DNA of 64,000 nucleotides from the human T2T-CHM13v2.0 reference genome, Homo sapiens, in NCBI RefSeq assembly GCF_009914755.1, contig NC_060947.1. One strand, 5' to 3'. The position numbers were made by a program, and so were the translations under genes. Shown piece by piece: positions 58,200 through 64,000 of the stretch. Numbering within the stretch: position 1 is the first letter of the stretch; each line of letters opens with the position of its first letter. The notes under the pieces were generated by a model. That model was not told the DNA's origin and did no database searches. It saw only the letters and a program-made list of their open reading frames with translations.

Positions 58200-59200
58200 A
58201 AATATGCATCAAAAGTATGGCATTTTAACCTAACAAAATGGCTAAAGTTAAAAAGAAAGAAAATGTCAAAAGTTAGTCACAATGGAAGCAATTTTCATGC
58301 ACAGCTGGTAGGAATATAAATTGCTACAAAAATTGTTGGGCAGTATTAATTTGAACTGAAAACACACCTACTATATAATACAGAAATTCTATTCCTAGGT
58401 CACAAGAAATAAGTGTTTATTCTCTCCAAAAGACGTGAACAAGAATGTGTATAGGAACTTTGTTCATCATAGCCCCAAACTGAAAAGAAGCCAAATGTCC
58501 ATTATTAAAATAAAGGCGTTGTTCTGTATTCTTAAAATGGAATATTATATAATAACAAAAAAATGAATGATTCCATGCAAGAATATGGATGGATGGCACA
58601 GATATAATATTAAGTAAAAGAGGCTAGACACAAAAGAGTACGTGTTGTATGATTTCATTGGTGTAAATTTCAAGAGCATACACTAGGGGTCAAAACAGTG
58701 CTTAACTTCAGAGAATGTTGACTGGAAAGAAAAATAAGGGGGCTTTTGGGTAGTGAAAAAGTTTTATGTTTTATTCTTGTATTTGGTTACAGAGGTATAT
58801 ATGTACAGAAAAAAAAATATCAAGGCTGGGTATGGTGGCTTATGCCTGTAGTCCCAGCACTATGGGAGGCTGAGGTGGGTGGATTGCTTGAGTCCAGAAG
58901 TTAGAGATCAGCCTGGGCAACATGGCAAAACCCAGTTGCTACAAAATTAGCTGGGCATGGTGGTGCATGCCTGTAGTCCCAGCTACTCAGGGGGCTGAGG
59001 TGGGAAGATCGCTTGAACCTGGGAGGTTGAGACTGCAGTGAGCTGATTGCACGACTGCACTCCAGCTTGGGTGAGAGTGAGACCCTGTCTCAAAAAATAA
59101 AAAAAAAGAAAAGAGAAAAGAAAAAAAAATCAAGCTATATTCAGTTTTAATATAAGCTATAGTGTAAGTAATATGTACTTTACTATATGTATTTTAGAAT
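58200..59200 (+). mobile_element. Old L1ME/MC 3' region, interrupted by an Alu
   Basis: gctggtaggaatataaattg, cagaaattctattcctagg, catagccccaaactg, gctagacacaaaagagtac. Confidence 0.75.
58824..59129 (+). mobile_element. AluJ
   Basis: ggattgcttgagtccag, gaggttgagactgcagtgagc; A-rich tail. Confidence 0.9.
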
Positions 59201-60687
59201 CCATCATTTTTAAATTGAGTGTTTCCATACAACTATATTGGCTTGCTTCTCTACAAATCGGAAATCTTGCCATCACAACTTCACACATCTCATCTGTATC
59301 AAAAGATAAAAGGTTTGAATGAAAGAAAGTAGATTTTACATTTTGAAAGCTCTGAGATATCTCACTGCCCTCTTCGTTTTCATTGACAGAAATAAGTCAT
59401 TATTTCTGTATTATTGAAAGTGGAGCAACATATTCGCTTCCTCAAGCCTTTATTGTGTTTCCTGAAAGCCAGTTCAAGAGCTAAACAATAATCCAATTAC
59501 TACTCAGTGTTTATGAGGAGCAGTTCATATCCATTACCATTGGAACATCATGTTCTTTCTATAGACTTTCGCCAGTGGAAAGACTGATAGAAGTGCGCAG
59601 AATGAGGGGTAGTTATAGGATTTCCCTGAAGTTTCCTTTTCCTAATGAATACACTCCTTCATTGTAATAGATTGACCTTTGAACACTAATGTAAGTCTTA
59701 TGGCTGGGTGTTTTATTAATTGCTAGAACCTTGCTAGTTGGGGTTGTTAATTCACCCTAAACAAGGACCACTTGCAATTAATCTTTTTCTAATTCTTGAC
59801 ACCATGGTTTACAATTATTGTTCCCTTTTTAAAAACCAATTATATATTTTAGTGTTTTACAAATGGACACAAAACTGCAGGTCCCTTAAATGATTTTAGT
59901 GTCAGAAGAAAAGAGTCCTTAGTAACCCATCAAAGTTGGGTCTATAATGCTTAAACTCATTTACATACAAGAATAGCATTAACTATTAAAACCAAGAGCA
60001 TCCTTTGCAAGTAATATATGAATTAAAGTATTCCATTCACCAAAACTACATTTGATCTGCCCCATCTTATTGTATGCTTAGTTAGTAACAGACAAGGACA
60101 GTTCAGTCCTGCCTTGTACCTTATGAATCAGAGCTGACAAGAACAGACACAGTCCTGACTGCCATGACACTGTCTATCACGCTGATATTCAACTTTCAGG
60201 ACCAGGGACAGCAGAGAGCAGTCCTAGGAATCTTTACACAAACTCCCTTTGCCCTCTGAACAACTCTCTGAAACGAAATGCTATCTGCTTGTCGTCCAAG
60301 CCAATTGAAATATTACAATATGTTTCATGACTGAGGGATACTTTCATTTTATACTTTCAATTTCTCAATTCACTTATTTCTCCAGTTAAATGGATCCTTA
60401 AAAAAAATGTAACTTCCAGTAGGGCAGTAGTGGCAAATCCTGAATGAGAGGAAACATGGAGACAAAAATTTAGTGTTTGCAAGATTCACACTGAACTGTC
60501 TCTTCACCTATCAGCTCCTTGCTGTCTCTGCTTGGTTTATGTTAACCCTTCAATTCATCTCTTGTACCTCATTTTGACATCCTTATTGATCTGAGCTCTC
60601 AGCCATTAGCTTGGTATCCTCTGGCCTTCTTGTCTCCTTTTCCTGCTTTGGTTCTTTAAACTTTTTTACAACTAAAGTCTTCTCCTA

Positions 60688-61173
<486 letters not shown>

Positions 61174-61299
61174 GTCTTCCAGTAAGCTTAATATACCAAT
61201 GAATACTTTTTATCATTACTAGAAACATGGTAGCTACATGATGAAAATATAAAGCATTAACATTTGTATAATTTATCTTTTAAATGCCTATTTGCTCTT

Positions 61300-61900
61300 G
61301 AATGTGCTCTACTAAAACCTTTGCCACCAACAATCCCACAAAACATCCCTTGCCAAAGTCGCTGATAATCTTCATATTGTTAAATCTAATGGCCAATTCT
61401 TAATCTTCAGTTTGTCTGCTCTATTAACATTATTTGAGACAATTGATGTCCTTCAACTTACATAATATAGTTATTTTTAATTTATATTCTAAGAGAACAC
61501 ACTCTGGTGATTTTCTCCCTACTTTTGTGGTCAATTTTTATCAGTCTCCTTCACTTTTTTCTCCTCTCTCCCAATTCTAAATCTTGGAGTATGCCTCAGT
61601 ATTTATTTCTTGGGCAGTTTCTTCTTCTTCTTCTGTATTCACTGCCTTGATTATCTTACATAATCTCAAATTAAAATGTTAACTGGATGATGTTAAAAGC
61701 CAAATTAAATCTCCAGCCCTGAAGGTACATAATGAGTCCTGAAGCCCAGACTCATAAATCTAACTTCTTTTTCAGCATTTTCACTTGAGGGTCTAGTAGG
61801 CAGCTCTCACTTACCAAGCTCCATATCAAGCTCTTCATCTCCCTACTTGAAACGTGTTACTGGTTTTCACCAGCTGAGGAAATGACAGTCCTGCTCTGCC
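61300..61900 (+). mobile_element. L2 remnant
   Basis: cttcatattgttaaatctaatggccaattct, gatgatgttaaaagccaaattaaatctccagccc, ccagactcataaatctaac. Confidence 0.75.
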
Positions 61901-62139
61901 AGCTACTCAGACAATTGGTTCTGAGTGCCTACCCCCCAACTTCATGTGTTTCTTTCCGAACACTCTCACTTGCATTCTTCTTTAGAAGGACTGTCTGCTA
62001 AGGACCACAGTTAGGGTATTGGAGGAGAGAGTTGTTGCCCAAAGCTTTCAAGGGCCAGAGGGCTATTGCTTTTGTTTTCAAGTCCCTATTAATGTCTCTG
62101 TTCATTTCTCTCAGGAATGCCTTGTCATTTTCATTGTAG

Positions 62140-62560
62140 ACACCTAACTATTTTTATTGATGATAATAGTGCAAACGGTTTGGTTCCCAAATGTCATTTT
62201 CTGGTTTCTTGCTACTGACATAGAAATACAAGTGATTTTTATATGTTGATTTTATGTCTTAAGGTCTTGCTAAATTAAGTGTTGTAGTGTGTGTTTGATA
62301 AGTTCTTTACGATTTTTCATGGAAAAAAATATGTTATCTTCAAATATAAATAGTTTAACTTCTTTCTTTCTGTTCTTATGCCTTGTATTTCTTTTTCTTG
62401 TCCTAGCAACTTCAATACAATGTTGGCTATAAGTGGTTAGAGTCAATATCCTTCTTTTATTCCCAATCTTTGAAAGAAATTATAATATTTCATGATTAAG
62501 TATAATTTTTGCTGTAGATTTTCCAGAGCTTTTTTTCTTATCAAATTGAGAATTTATCTT
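62140..62560 (-). mobile_element. Old L1M ORF2 fragment
   Basis: gatttttatatgttgattttat...cttgctaaatt, cttcaatacaatgttg. Confidence 0.7.
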
Positions 62561-62566
62561 TCTTGG

Positions 62567-62930
62567 TGATATGATTTGGCTGTGTCCCCACCCAAATCTC
62601 ATTTTGAATTATAGCTTCCATAGTTCCCATGTGTTTGGGGAGGGACCCAGTGGGAGGTAATTGAATCATGGGGGCAGTTTCCCCCATACTGTTCTTGTCA
62701 TAGTGAATAAGTCTCATGAGACCTGATGGCTTTATAAGAGGAAACCCCTTTTACTTGGTTCTCATTTCTCTCTTTGCCTGCTGCCATATAAGACATGCCT
62801 TTCACCTTCCACCATGATTGTGAGGCCTCCCCAGCCACGTGGAACTGTGCGTCCGTAAAACCTCTTTTTCTTTATAAATTGCCCAGTCTCAAGTATGTCT
62901 TTAACAGCATCATAAAAACAGACTAATACA
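62567..62930 (+). mobile_element. THE1 (THE1C-like) solo LTR
   Basis: tgatatgatttggctgtgtccccacccaaatctc...gactaataca; TSD cttgg/cctgg. Confidence 0.95.
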
Positions 62931-63619
62931 CCTGGCTACTTTATTAATCAATTGTTTTCATGTGTGTCTTCTTATTAAATTTTGCTTTTTGGGACCTGGC
63001 TTAAGACAGGTAGGCATTACAAAATTGTTGTTAGCCTTACATGTCCAACATTTTTACATAAAAATAACACAAGGCACTTTTTACAGTAGGGATTTGTTCT
63101 TTTATCTATCACTCTCATAAGACAGGAACAAAACCTGTAGCTGATTTTAATCTCAGAAGGCCAAAGCCAGTTCCAAGCTGTTTGCTGAAACATCTTTGTC
63201 TATCTCATTTCTGTGTGCTTTCGCAGATTAATGCATGTAGTATTCAATAAATGGTCAATAACAACATATGACAATTCAAAATATATTTTCTGCTGTTAGA
63301 GAGATGGATGTTATGATCCATGCTGTAAGTGATTTGCAGTCCATGATTTTAGAATACTAGCAAAACATGCTTCTTCTCCCCATAAAGGCAAGATGAATAG
63401 GTCACAGATTGAGAAGACATCTGATTCTTCAAAAATTCTTCTTGCTTCACCTCCTTAGGCCTCTCTAAGTAGTATTCACTACTGGGAGTGCAATGAGGTT
63501 GAAGTAGAACTTCTCTCTCATTCTTCTAATTAACTGTTTTATCATTCTTTTTTTTTTTTTAAATCTCTCCTGACCAATATGCAAGCTAAAGTACTGAAAG
63601 TAAAGAAAAAGCGATTTCA

Positions 63620-63752
63620 TGCCCAGGAGCAGTGGCTCATATCTGCAATTCTAGCATTTTGGGAGACTGAGGCAGAAGGATTGCTTGAGCCCAGGAGTCT
63701 GAGACCAGCCTGGGGAACATAGCAAGACCCTGTCTCTGTTTAAAAAAAAATA
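63620..63752 (+). mobile_element. FLAM_C / Alu left monomer
   Basis: ggattgcttgagcccaggagt...aacatagcaagaccctgtctc followed by an A tail. Confidence 0.85.
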
Positions 63753-64000
63753 AGAAAAATGTGAACAATTAGAAAGCTACAAATAGTACAAGACAAATTC
63801 TCACTAGGTTTTATATTCTCAGAAACATATCACCATTTTTCTGGCAAAAATGAATGTGATACGTATGGTGAGAAGTACAATTTGTTTTCAGTGCAAGCTC
63901 AACTCTGTAATTTATGCTGATTATAAACAAAAGGAATAAGGGTAAGTTAAATCTCAAACCTAATTCCATTCAATAGTCTCAAACTCTGTCTCAATATCTG

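Overview
Primate (human-like) nuclear DNA, AT-rich and dominated by interspersed repeats. It reads as intergenic or deep-intronic sequence, and I recognise no intact protein-coding gene, RNA gene or CpG island. Main contents: a 5'-truncated L1PA5/6-like LINE (10002-15267, 17-bp TSD) carrying a young AluY; an old L1MA with a 5' inversion (21241-25468); L1PB and L1PA 3' fragments; more than a dozen Alu copies or fragments; solo LTRs (MST/MLT1A-type, an ERV1 LTR1/27/28/MER50-group LTR, LTR47A, LTR33, MLT2B, two THE1); DNA-transposon fossils (Tigger3a, MER1A, MER20 x2, MER58A/B); and L2, MIR and L3 remnants. Structure not explained by these repeats: a ~1.4-kb degenerate 30-bp tandem array (548-1915) with repeated AP-1 and GAS-like motifs, a perfect 44-bp palindrome (9402-9445), a dense NF-kB/STAT/C-EBP/AP-1/RUNX motif cluster overlapping a 160-codon ORF (56040-56650), a clean 60-nt candidate exon (51203-51262) and long purine-pyrimidine tracts. 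Repeat subfamily names come from recalled consensus sequences, not a RepeatMasker run, and boundaries of old elements are approximate. I found no evidence strong enough to claim a new biological system; the findings are leads.
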